DNA of 61,509 bases from a virus (Duplodnaviria; Caudoviricetes): the IMG/VR virus record IMGVR_UViG_3300036766_001627, positions 1 through 61,509 of that record; one strand, written 5' to 3'. Under the pieces are notes generated by a model, which saw nothing but the letters and a program-made list of their open reading frames with translations, was not told the origin of the DNA and did no database searches. The first letter of the stretch is position 1, and each line of letters begins with the position of its first letter. A program made the position numbers and the translations under genes. This document shows, in pieces, positions 1 to 8,230 of the stretch.

Positions 1-79
1 GAGGCCGGTTTGTAAGGCTTGTGAAAAGGAAAGGGATAAGAAAAGAAGAGCCAACGAATCCAGCGAGACTGCCAGTAAG
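1..79. repeat. Terminal overlap identical to 61431-61509 (circular contig)
   Basis: Bases 1-79 match the last 79 bases exactly; the overlap lies inside a 156-bp intragenic repeat. Confidence 0.95.
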
Positions 80-502
80 AGTAAGATTTGCAAGGACTGT
101 GGGATAGAGAAGGACGTGGAGGAATTTAATAAGAACCTCTCCTGCGTGGGCGGAAGGAAGCCGGTTTGTAGGGCTTGTGAAAAGGAAAAGAGAAAAACTC
201 CAAGATCACAAATATCGCGTCTTTTAAGTAAGTACAACTGTTCCAAAGAAGAAGCTGAGAATTTTCATTCCAAAACCCATTGTGCAATATGTGGGTGTTT
301 GTTCGGACGGAAGGACAGAGAAAAACATTTTGACCACGACCACATAACCCAAAAATATCGGGACGCGCTTTGTAAAGGGTGTAACCTGGCGTTAGGAAAT
401 ATTAGAGATTCTCCCGAGACCGCAGAAGCCGTGAAACAATACCTCCGCCGACACTCCCCCGCCCCGCTTGATATTTCCGGCTCCGCTGCCTATAATTGCT
501 GA
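1..502 (+). CDS. Endonuclease VII-like HNH nuclease, 3' part (gene starts at 61195 and spans the contig junction)
   Basis: CAICG...DHDH.T.KYRDALCKGCNLALG EndoVII motif; in frame with the CxxC repeats starting at ATG 61195. Confidence 0.8.
   Translation, partial: RPVCKACEKERDKKRRANESSETASKSKICKDCGIEKDVEEFNKNLSCVGGRKPVCRACEKEKRKTPRSQISRLLSKYNCSKEEAENFHSKTHCAICGCLFGRKDREKHFDHDHITQKYRDALCKGCNLALGNIRDSPETAEAVKQYLRRHSPAPLDISGSAAYNC
468..496 (+). promoter_or_regulatory. sigma70-like promoter upstream of portal
   Basis: TTGATA-17-TATAAT. Confidence 0.55.
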
Positions 503-517
503 GGAGAGCAATCCGTA

Positions 518-1981
518 ATGCCAGACATTGATCCCAACGATCCCAGCACTACCTCCAGCGCCTACGATCTCATGTCGCCACTCTGGGACAAGATAAATAC
601 CCTGCTTGGCGGCACGGAGGCCATGAGGGCCGCGGGAACAAAATTTACCAGCCAACACGATAAAGAAGGGGATGAAAGTTACAATGAGCGCCTCCACGCC
701 TCTGTTCTCCTGAACATGCTGGAGTTCACCCTAGACGGCTGGGTAAGCAAGCCCTTCGACCTACCTCTGCGGCTCGGCGACGATGTACCTGACGAGATCA
801 GGCAGCTCGCCGACGACATCGACCTCCAGGGCAACTCTCTGGATGTCTTCGCGCGAAACTGGTTCCGCGATGGGATGGCGAAGGGATTCAGCCACGTCCT
901 CGTGGAGTTCCCACGTCCCGATCCCCTACCTGACGGCCAGCCCCGCACTCTCGCCAACGACCGCGCTGACAACCTACGGCCCTACCTCGTCCACATCAAG
1001 CCGGAGAACCTGATCTTCGCCTACGCGGAGATAGTGAATGGTGTAGAACGTCTCACCCACGTCCGTATCCGCGAGGAGATAAAGCAGATGGTGGGCTTCG
1101 CGGAGCAGACGGTGTGTCGCATCAGAGTTATCGAGCCTGGCTTCGTGACGATCTACGAGGAGCAGGTAGACAAGCGGAACAACGATGCCCCGATCTGGGT
1201 GCCGGTGGATCAGTACGAATACAACCTGCCGTTCATCCCTCTCGTCACCTTCTACGCGAAGCGTGAGGGACTCATGCTGGGTAAGCCACCACTGGCCGAC
1301 CTCGCCGACCTTAATATCCGCCACTTCAACAGCACGGCGGACCAGATCAGTGTCCTCACGGTCGCTCGTTTCCCGATCATCTGCGCCAGCGGTGCGCAGC
1401 CCGAAGACACCAGCATGATTATTGGGCCAAAACGTTTCCTGCACAACCCCGATCCCAACGGCCACTTCTACTATCTCGAACACACGGGTGCTGCCATCGG
1501 CGCCGGCCGCCAGGAGCTTATAGACCTGGAGGAGACGATGGCGCAGTTCGGCGCCACGTTCCTCCGCCGCCGGGCCGGAGGAGCTTCGGCCACCGCGCGC
1601 GCCCTAGATAGCGCAGAGACCTCCAGCCCGCTTAGTGATATGGCGATCCGCTTCAGGGACGCACTGGAGCAGGCGATGTTTCTCTTCGCCCAGTGGCTGG
1701 GTCTCGACGACGGTGGCACATACACCATCACTACGGACTTTGGCCTCAGCGACGAGGGCGGCATAAGGCTACAGGCGATACTGGCAGCGAGGGCTGCCCG
1801 CGAGCTGAGTCACCAGTCTTACATCGCCGAGCTGCTCCGATACAACGTCCTGGGCGTAGAGTTTGATGTGGTTCAGAACGACGCGGAGATACAGGCGGAG
1901 CCGGCGCCTGTGGGTCCGCCAGCCCAGCCTCCGACGATCCGGCCTCAGAATCCGCAGGCTACAAGTGTACCTGCGATGTAG
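518..1981 (+). CDS. Portal protein (DUF4055-like)
   Basis: 487 aa; follows terminase (circularly) and precedes scaffold/capsid; contains IPLVTFY..KPPLADLADLNIRHF typical of DUF4055 portals. Confidence 0.85.
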   Translation: MPDIDPNDPSTTSSAYDLMSPLWDKINTLLGGTEAMRAAGTKFTSQHDKEGDESYNERLHASVLLNMLEFTLDGWVSKPFDLPLRLGDDVPDEIRQLADDIDLQGNSLDVFARNWFRDGMAKGFSHVLVEFPRPDPLPDGQPRTLANDRADNLRPYLVHIKPENLIFAYAEIVNGVERLTHVRIREEIKQMVGFAEQTVCRIRVIEPGFVTIYEEQVDKRNNDAPIWVPVDQYEYNLPFIPLVTFYAKREGLMLGKPPLADLADLNIRHFNSTADQISVLTVARFPIICASGAQPEDTSMIIGPKRFLHNPDPNGHFYYLEHTGAAIGAGRQELIDLEETMAQFGATFLRRRAGGASATARALDSAETSSPLSDMAIRFRDALEQAMFLFAQWLGLDDGGTYTITTDFGLSDEGGIRLQAILAARAARELSHQSYIAELLRYNVLGVEFDVVQNDAEIQAEPAPVGPPAQPPTIRPQNPQATSVPAM

Positions 1982-2014
1982 TCAAATTTTCTAGCACTTT
2001 TACTGGAGAGATTT

Positions 2015-2785
2015 ATGGAACTATACGACCCCACAGCGAACATAAAAGTCGCGGACATAAACACCGTGCCGGCGGACTTCCGCCCCATGTACAAGCAGGA
2101 AGCCGACGGCTTCGTCTTCGACGCGGAGAACCCCGTCGTGAAGTCGGCTATGTCTGTCATCGGGACGCTCAAGAAGACCAACGGAGTCATCCGCTCTGAG
2201 CGCGATGCGGCCACTAAGAACAAGATCGACTTCAGCCCGCTCGCCGACTATGGGCAGACGCCGACGGAGGTCGTGGCGGCCTTCCTAGCGCAGAAAGCGG
2301 AACTGGAGGCGCAGATCAAGAACGTCAACATCGACGACATCAAGAAGGGCGTGGGCAAGGAGTTTGAGAAGAAGCTGGTGCTGCGCGAGAAGCGAGAGGC
2401 GCAGCTCCAGAAACAGCTTCAGAAGACGCTCGTGAAGAACGGGTGCGCCGCGGCCCTCGCGGCCCAGAAGGGAAATATCAAGCTCCTCCTTCCCTACATG
2501 GAAGGCCAGGTGCAGCTTGTGGAGGAGAACGAGGAGTTCCACGCCCGTGTCGTCGATGATGCAGGCAAGGTCCGGTTCGGCGCCAACGGCCATATGACTC
2601 TTGACGAGCTTGCGGCCGAGTTCAAGGCCAACGCCGAGTTCGGTGCCTGCTTCGCGTCCGAGGCGCCCGCCGGCGGCGGCACGAAGCCAGGCACGACAAA
2701 CCAGGTGCCGGCGCCCCGTAACACTGCGGCTGCGACGATGACGGCAGAAGAAAAAATAAGAATGGGCCTGCTGAAAAAAGGCTGA
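2015..2785 (+). CDS. Capsid scaffolding protein
   Basis: Coiled-coil, charged; G-rich linker and C-terminal MTAEEKIRMGL helix; sits between portal and capsid. Confidence 0.7.
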   Translation: MELYDPTANIKVADINTVPADFRPMYKQEADGFVFDAENPVVKSAMSVIGTLKKTNGVIRSERDAATKNKIDFSPLADYGQTPTEVVAAFLAQKAELEAQIKNVNIDDIKKGVGKEFEKKLVLREKREAQLQKQLQKTLVKNGCAAALAAQKGNIKLLLPYMEGQVQLVEENEEFHARVVDDAGKVRFGANGHMTLDELAAEFKANAEFGACFASEAPAGGGTKPGTTNQVPAPRNTAAATMTAEEKIRMGLLKKG

Positions 2786-2867
2786 CGCCGAGTTGTTTTC
2801 ACCGGCCTAGTCAGTCCAGGCTGCGCAGATTGAACATCTGCGCAGCTTCTTTTTTCTGGAGCGAGCG

Positions 2868-3347
2868 ATGACGACGGAAGAAAAGAAGGAGAAACACAGA
2901 GAGTCCAGCAAGAGATGGAGAGAGCAAAACAGGGAAAGAATGAAAGAATGTCAAAGGCGGTGGAGAAAGAAAAACAAGAAAAGACTGAAAGAGGATAAAA
3001 AAACATGGTTGGAGAAGAACAGGGAAAGAGTAAAAAAGACAGACAGACTTTGTAAGATGAAACGAATCTATGGTTTGACTGAAGAAGGGTTCAACAGTTT
3101 GTTAGAAGTTCAACAAGGATGTTGTGCAATCTGTGGATGTGCGGAACCAAAAGGTAAAGGAAACTGGCATGTGGATCATAACCACGAGACAGGAGAAGTT
3201 CGTGGCCTGCTGTGTTCTCAGTGCAATCCCGGACTTGGAAAGTTCAAAGACAGTCCTTCCATTCTTCGGGCCGGCGCCGACTACATTGAAAACCCAACCA
3301 CAAAGAAGTTTCCTGGGATACTTGACATTATAGGACCTTCTGTCTAA
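2868..3347 (+). CDS. Endonuclease VII-like homing endonuclease
   Basis: K/R-rich N-terminus; CAICG, VDHNHETGEVRGLLCSQCNPGLG; AT-rich relative to its flanks. Confidence 0.9.
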   Translation: MTTEEKKEKHRESSKRWREQNRERMKECQRRWRKKNKKRLKEDKKTWLEKNRERVKKTDRLCKMKRIYGLTEEGFNSLLEVQQGCCAICGCAEPKGKGNWHVDHNHETGEVRGLLCSQCNPGLGKFKDSPSILRAGADYIENPTTKKFPGILDIIGPSV

Positions 3348-3350
3348 GAT
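3322..3350 (+). promoter_or_regulatory. sigma70-like promoter for the capsid operon
   Basis: TTGACA-17-TAAGAT; the spacer contains a minus-strand GGTCCTATAA motif. Confidence 0.65.
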
Positions 3351-3493
3351 GATTATGAAAGCCCGTTTTTTACGGGGTCTCCTGCTCTGCGAGGGAATCG
3401 TAGAACGAGAGATGTTGACCCGCCGAGGGATTCTGCGAGTTGCCGATGTGCTCCGCAAGGAGTGTGTTCCGGTACTCTTACAGGATTTCTCAG

Positions 3494-4414
3494 ATGGCTT
3501 CCATAACTTTGGCAAATGCTGACAAACTTTCTCTACCCATGTTAATTCAGGGGGTTATTGAAAGCATAATTACCGTAAACCAGATGTTTGCGGTCCTGCC
3601 CTTCGAGGGCGTCGATGGCACCGCAATCTCCTACAACCGCGAGAAGGTCCTCGGCGACGCCCAGGCACTCGAAGTTGGTGGCACGATCACTGCGAACGCT
3701 CCCGCCGAATACGATAACGTGGCGAACGGTCTCACAACCCTCATCGCCGATGCTGATGTGAACGGTCTAGTCGAAGCGACCCTGTCGGCTGAGAACGATC
3801 AGCGTTCCGCGGCTATCGCCAGCAAGGCGAAGACAATCGGCCGCCTCTACCAAGGTATGCTCATCAACGGCGACGGCACCGGCAACAGCTTCGCTGGTCT
3901 GACCGAGCTGTGTGCGGACTCGCAGAAGGTTGATACTACGGCGAACGGCGCAGCCCTGTCGTTCCCTATCCTCGACAGCCTGATCTCTCTGGTCGTGGAC
4001 AAGGATGGCGTCGTTGACTACTTCGCTATGAACACGCGGACTATCAACCAATATTTCTCTTTGCTCCGCGGCCTGAACGGTGCCTCGATCAATGAGACTG
4101 TCGAGCTGCCTGATGGCAAAACCCGCGTTCCTCACTACCGGAATGTGCCGATCCTTAGGAACGACTACATCTCGACGAACGTGACGAAAGGTACAAGCAC
4201 CCTGACCAGTTCGGTCTTCGCCGGCACGCTGTCCGACGGCACCCGCAAGACGGGTCTGTCGGGTCTGACGGCCCGCAAGGCCGCGGGTATCCAGGTCATT
4301 GACGTTGGTGAGAAAGAGACGACCGACGACCACCGCTGGCGCATCAAGTGGTACTGCGGCCTGGCGCTCTTCTCTGAGAAGGGTCTCTCACTCGCCGACG
4401 GCATCACTGCCTAA
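3494..4414 (+). CDS. Major capsid protein (HK97 fold)
   Basis: About 306 aa from ATG 3494; MFAVLPF..YNRE and C-terminal WRIKWYCGLAL; follows scaffold and is followed by a terminator. Confidence 0.88.
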   Translation: MASITLANADKLSLPMLIQGVIESIITVNQMFAVLPFEGVDGTAISYNREKVLGDAQALEVGGTITANAPAEYDNVANGLTTLIADADVNGLVEATLSAENDQRSAAIASKAKTIGRLYQGMLINGDGTGNSFAGLTELCADSQKVDTTANGAALSFPILDSLISLVVDKDGVVDYFAMNTRTINQYFSLLRGLNGASINETVELPDGKTRVPHYRNVPILRNDYISTNVTKGTSTLTSSVFAGTLSDGTRKTGLSGLTARKAAGIQVIDVGEKETTDDHRWRIKWYCGLALFSEKGLSLADGITA

Positions 4415-4437
4415 GAGGCTTTTGATCTTGTGAATCC

Positions 4438-4469
4438 GCGGGCGGTGGCTGTGCCGCCGCCCGCTCTTT
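4438..4469 (+). terminator. Intrinsic terminator after capsid gene
   Basis: GCGGGCGGTGGC/GCCGCCGCCCGC stem followed by a short T-rich run. Confidence 0.55.
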
Positions 4470-4498
4470 AGAATTTCTAGTGAAGTAAGGACATAAAC

Positions 4499-5077
4499 AT
4501 GGCCGCTACCCCCTATCTCGTGACTATCGACCGCAACAGTCAGTCCCCTCGTAAGAATGGAGTGGATGCGGCTGTTGTGGTCGCGGAAAACTCTACCGAG
4601 GCCAAGCAGATGGCAGCCTCTGTTCTGGACGGCGAAGGAAACGCACCCTGGACCGCCGCCACCGCGACGGCGCTCGCCGCGGCCGCCAACCTGGACGGCT
4701 TCGTGATGAATGTCCAAATCTTTCACCCCACAACTAATGCCCGCGTTGCTAACGCGAGCTTCACGGGTGTCAGCGGCGCCACCATCGACACCATCGGTAC
4801 CGGGATCGCCGCAGCGCTCAACGCTCTCAGTAACATAGCCGGCGCGGCCTACAACACTGGCACGAATGTTCTGACGGTGGCGGAGACTACCGATGCTCTG
4901 GGCGACCACACCTTCGTTATCTCCCTGCGGCCACCCACGGCGACGCACGCTGATCCGCAGAACCTGACGAGCTGGTTCACCAGCCACGTCGATGGCGGCG
5001 TCGGCTCGGCCGCCCTGGCTGTGACGCTGGCCGCCCTGTCCTTCCCGAAGGTCTTCGGGATGCTGAAGCAGGTTTAA
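4499..5077 (+). CDS. Virion structural/decoration protein (paralog 1)
   Basis: A/T/G-rich beta-type sequence after the capsid gene; shares NGV.A.VV.A and LTVA...DALGD with the next ORF. Confidence 0.6.
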   Translation: MAATPYLVTIDRNSQSPRKNGVDAAVVVAENSTEAKQMAASVLDGEGNAPWTAATATALAAAANLDGFVMNVQIFHPTTNARVANASFTGVSGATIDTIGTGIAAALNALSNIAGAAYNTGTNVLTVAETTDALGDHTFVISLRPPTATHADPQNLTSWFTSHVDGGVGSAALAVTLAALSFPKVFGMLKQV

Positions 5078-5122
5078 GCTGAGGTTTTGTCTTAGTTCTG
5101 AACGAAACAATCAAGGAGTAAT

Positions 5123-5692
5123 ATGAGTGTTGGAATTCACAGAGTTGCGGCCGATCCGAACAGCGCGGTCCCGTTCTTCAACGGAGTCAACGCGCAGGTG
5201 GTTCAGGCCAACTCTTCTGCTGAGGCCGTGGCTCTGGCGCAGGCATCCCAGGACGGCGACATCGACCCCGTGTGGGCCGCAGCCACCGTGGACAACCTTC
5301 CCGATGTTCCCGATCTGACCAACTGGGTTGTTCGGGTTCAGGTCAACACAAGCACTGCGACTGATGTGAGCGTGTCGGGTGTTGCCGGGGATTCGCTGAC
5401 TGATCTTCTGACGAATGTGGCCTCGGCCCTCGTGGCCGCGAACCACGGCACAGACCACGCGGCCTTTGCCACAGACACACTGACTGTCGCATCGGCTGGT
5501 GATGCACTGGGCGATAAGATCGTGACAATTACCGTGACGCCTCCGACCGGCCTATTTCTGACCTCATACACTTGGGTTCAGACAGATGTTGTCGGGACCA
5601 TCACGGACGGCGGCTCTAGCGGTTCTGCTCTTACGGTTGCGTTTGATATGACGTGGGTTTATCCCGCGCGTATTCTTGGATACAAGCAGTAA
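5123..5692 (+). CDS. Virion structural/decoration protein (paralog 2)
   Basis: AAGGAG RBS; clear paralog of 4499-5077. Confidence 0.6.
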   Translation: MSVGIHRVAADPNSAVPFFNGVNAQVVQANSSAEAVALAQASQDGDIDPVWAAATVDNLPDVPDLTNWVVRVQVNTSTATDVSVSGVAGDSLTDLLTNVASALVAANHGTDHAAFATDTLTVASAGDALGDKIVTITVTPPTGLFLTSYTWVQTDVVGTITDGGSSGSALTVAFDMTWVYPARILGYKQ

Positions 5693-5904
5693 TGGCATCC
5701 GTTCGGTTCAAGAGACTCAGCAGCAGCACGGACAACACCCGGTACAGTGCGGAGTTTCTGAGATCGAACAAGGGACTACCTGTCTTCGAGAAGCAGAGAA
5801 CTGCGCGTGAGATGACAACCCCTACCAAGGGCAGGCCGAACAACTATCCTCGCGGGACGGATCGACGGGGCGATGAGTCGGCGAACAATCAAGATAGAGG
5901 ATAA
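5692..5904 (+). CDS. Small basic hypothetical protein
   Basis: ATG overlaps the upstream stop; R/K-rich. Confidence 0.45.
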   Translation: MASVRFKRLSSSTDNTRYSAEFLRSNKGLPVFEKQRTAREMTTPTKGRPNNYPRGTDRRGDESANNQDRG

Positions 5905-5905
5905 C

Positions 5906-6121
5906 ATGGCACGAAAAGCAAAACTCGGATCAGGGAAACGCTTCGCGGCCGTCGAGGCCGCGGCTGCTCGCAGTGGTGCTAAAAATCCCGCCGCTGTCGC
6001 GGCGGCGGCCGGTCGTGCGAAGTTTGGAAACAAACGCTTCGCAGCTTTGTTTGCGATGGGCCGACACCGCGCCGCGTTGGCACGCCACCACGGCAATGCG
6101 GGCAACCCGCGGAGTTTCTGA
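5906..6121 (+). CDS. Small basic Ala/Lys/Arg-rich protein
   Basis: GAGG RBS; MARKAKLGSGKRFAAVEAAAARSGAKNPAAVAAAAGRAKFG. Confidence 0.6.
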   Translation: MARKAKLGSGKRFAAVEAAAARSGAKNPAAVAAAAGRAKFGNKRFAALFAMGRHRAALARHHGNAGNPRSF

Positions 6122-6249
6122 TGGGTGCGAAGATGAAGTCCAAGAAGCAGGTTGCATACCTGCTTAGTAGTGCCAGTCCCCTCACGGTCGTGCAGAAGAG
6201 CAAGCTCATCCACGAACTGCACAGGGGAAAAGTAAAGATCAAGAGGTAA
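6121..6249 (+). CDS. Small basic protein (42 aa; not in ORF track)
   Basis: MGAKMKSKKQVAYLLSSASPLTVVQKSKLIHELHRGKVKIKR; translationally coupled to the upstream gene. Confidence 0.45.
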   Translation: MGAKMKSKKQVAYLLSSASPLTVVQKSKLIHELHRGKVKIKR

Positions 6250-6253
6250 AGTC

Positions 6254-6880
6254 ATGGCCTTCATCGCAGAAGACGGATCGGGCCTGACGAACGCGAACAG
6301 CTATATCGACCTGGTCTTCGCCACCGCCTACCACACCGACCTGAACCATGTCTCGTGGAACAACCTGAGTTCCGCGGACCAGGAGTTCTCATGCACAGCG
6401 GCCTCCTTCTACATTGATAAGAGATTCGGGCGCCGATTCCGTGGGACCAGGGTGAGGAAGACCCAGGCTCTCCAGTGGCCTCGTATCTCCGCCTACGACA
6501 ACGACGGATTTGTGCTGAGTCAGATTCCTCTCGATCTACGGCGAGCAACTGCTGAATATGCTCTCAGGGTTGCCCTTTACAAAGAGCTGGCGCCGGACCC
6601 AGTGCTCTCAGTGCCCCAGCAGGACTTCTCTGGTTCTGATCTGCCAACCGTAGCAACGGAGCAATCCGAGGGTCTTATCTCCAGCAAGACAGATGTCGTG
6701 TTCGGCGCCGTGGAGGAGTCTGTCTCTTACCGTAGCCCCGGTAGTCAGTCGGGCCTCGACACGGGCAAGAACTCGCAGAGTTCACTCGTCACCACCAGCA
6801 ACATCCCCGAGTATCCCGCCGCGGACCTCTGGATCGAGAACCTGCTGCGTACTCGCAGCCACATCATCAATCGAGGATAG
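6254..6880 (+). CDS. Head-tail adaptor (DnaT-like family neck protein)
   Basis: AEDGSGLTNANSYI...QALQWPR...IPLDLRRATAEYAL motifs; neck position. Confidence 0.8.
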   Translation: MAFIAEDGSGLTNANSYIDLVFATAYHTDLNHVSWNNLSSADQEFSCTAASFYIDKRFGRRFRGTRVRKTQALQWPRISAYDNDGFVLSQIPLDLRRATAEYALRVALYKELAPDPVLSVPQQDFSGSDLPTVATEQSEGLISSKTDVVFGAVEESVSYRSPGSQSGLDTGKNSQSSLVTTSNIPEYPAADLWIENLLRTRSHIINRG

Positions 6881-6881
6881 A

Positions 6882-7781
6882 GTGCCCAACTATCCGAAAC
6901 TTGCAGAGGTGGCGAAGAAGCTCATAGAGAAGTCTGGACGTACAGTCACACTCCGTAGACTGTCGGAGACACCCGCTGATCCAACGAAGCCCTGGCGGAA
7001 TACGAACAGCACAGTCGTTGAGATGAGCATGATCGCAGTCATGTTGGATGGCCAGTATGTTGATGGCGCCGACGACCTTGTTCGTCGCGGGATGCGGGAG
7101 GCCGTGGTCGCGGCGAAGTCCGCCCGATCCGCCCGCAGCAAGCTACTCCATGCAGAAGTAGGTGTGGGGGGCGCCGGCTACAGTGTCGCGGACATCGTAA
7201 CACTTGCGGGCGGCACAAGTACCACTTCGGCCACGATCACTGTGCAGACAGTGGATGGGCTGGGCGCGGTCCTCACGTTCTCCGTGACTGATCCGGGTGT
7301 CTTCGTCACGTTGTCTTCCGCCTTGACTGCGGCTAGTGTTGCGCCGCCCGGAGGAACAGGCCTCGTGCTGAAGAACGCCGTCTTCGCCGCCACGGACCTG
7401 ACGCAGTTCGAGCTTCGTTCCCTCGTCCTCGACGCCGCCGGCGCCAGCTATAGCGTCGATGATATCATCACGCTCGCCGGAGGCGCTGCGATCACGCCCG
7501 CGACAGTGAAGGTACTCTCCGTGGGTGGAGGCGGCTCTATCGGAATATTCAGCATCCTCGATCCGGGCCTCTACCTGACGACGGCCCCCAATCTGACTCA
7601 GGCGGGTGTCGCACCACCCGGTGGAAGTGGGGCCACGTTCAAGTCCGCCACCTTCAGTGTGCTCGATCTGACGCAGTTCGACGAACTCGTGGATGGGACG
7701 GAGACATGGAAGATAGACCAGATCATCCGTGTGGCGCCCGGTTCTGAAGACTTGGTCTGGAGATTCAGGCTAAGGAAGTAA
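6882..7781 (+). CDS. Head-closure protein carrying two inserted ~80-aa G-rich domains
   Basis: GTG 6882 start; N-terminal LIEKSGRTVTLRR..DPTKPW and C-terminal WKI..VAPG...FRLRK flank two GYSV.DI.TLAGG repeats. Confidence 0.65.
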   Translation: MPNYPKLAEVAKKLIEKSGRTVTLRRLSETPADPTKPWRNTNSTVVEMSMIAVMLDGQYVDGADDLVRRGMREAVVAAKSARSARSKLLHAEVGVGGAGYSVADIVTLAGGTSTTSATITVQTVDGLGAVLTFSVTDPGVFVTLSSALTAASVAPPGGTGLVLKNAVFAATDLTQFELRSLVLDAAGASYSVDDIITLAGGAAITPATVKVLSVGGGGSIGIFSILDPGLYLTTAPNLTQAGVAPPGGSGATFKSATFSVLDLTQFDELVDGTETWKIDQIIRVAPGSEDLVWRFRLRK

Positions 7782-7782
7782 C

Positions 7783-8217
7783 ATGCCGCTTACGATAACC
7801 CAAGCCCGAGACGAAATCCTCGGTGTCCTCAAGTCCGCCATCGACGGGAGCAATTCGTACAAAAATACCCCCATCGTCTACGACGATGCCGAGGAGAGCA
7901 TCCCCACGGACGTGCGGACCTCCTGGATCAGAGCCACGATGAGGCACGCTACGGGCGTTCAGGCTACACTGGGAGCTGCTTCGGGCAAGGCCCGCTACAA
8001 CAGGACAGGCACACTGGCTGTCCAGGTATTTACGCCCCTGTCCGGTGGGAACGTGACTTCAGATGCTTTGGCCACTATAATCTTGCAGGCATACCAGAAC
8101 GCCCCTTCTGTGGGCGGTGCCTGGTACAGTCGGTTCGACTTCAAGGAGCTGGGACGAGATCGAGGATGGAATCTGACTCTCGTGCTGATTAGTTTCGACT
8201 ACGACGAGTTGGTTTGA
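7783..8217 (+). CDS. Tail terminator-like protein
   Basis: 144 aa immediately before tail tube; WIR...RYNRTG.L.VQVFTP..G motif. Confidence 0.7.
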   Translation: MPLTITQARDEILGVLKSAIDGSNSYKNTPIVYDDAEESIPTDVRTSWIRATMRHATGVQATLGAASGKARYNRTGTLAVQVFTPLSGGNVTSDALATIILQAYQNAPSVGGAWYSRFDFKELGRDRGWNLTLVLISFDYDELV

Positions 8218-8230
8218 CGAGGACACGAAG

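Noticed and set aside
1-79. Biological direct terminal repeat
   Set aside because: It is short, falls mid-gene inside a tandem repeat, and is better explained as an assembler overlap.
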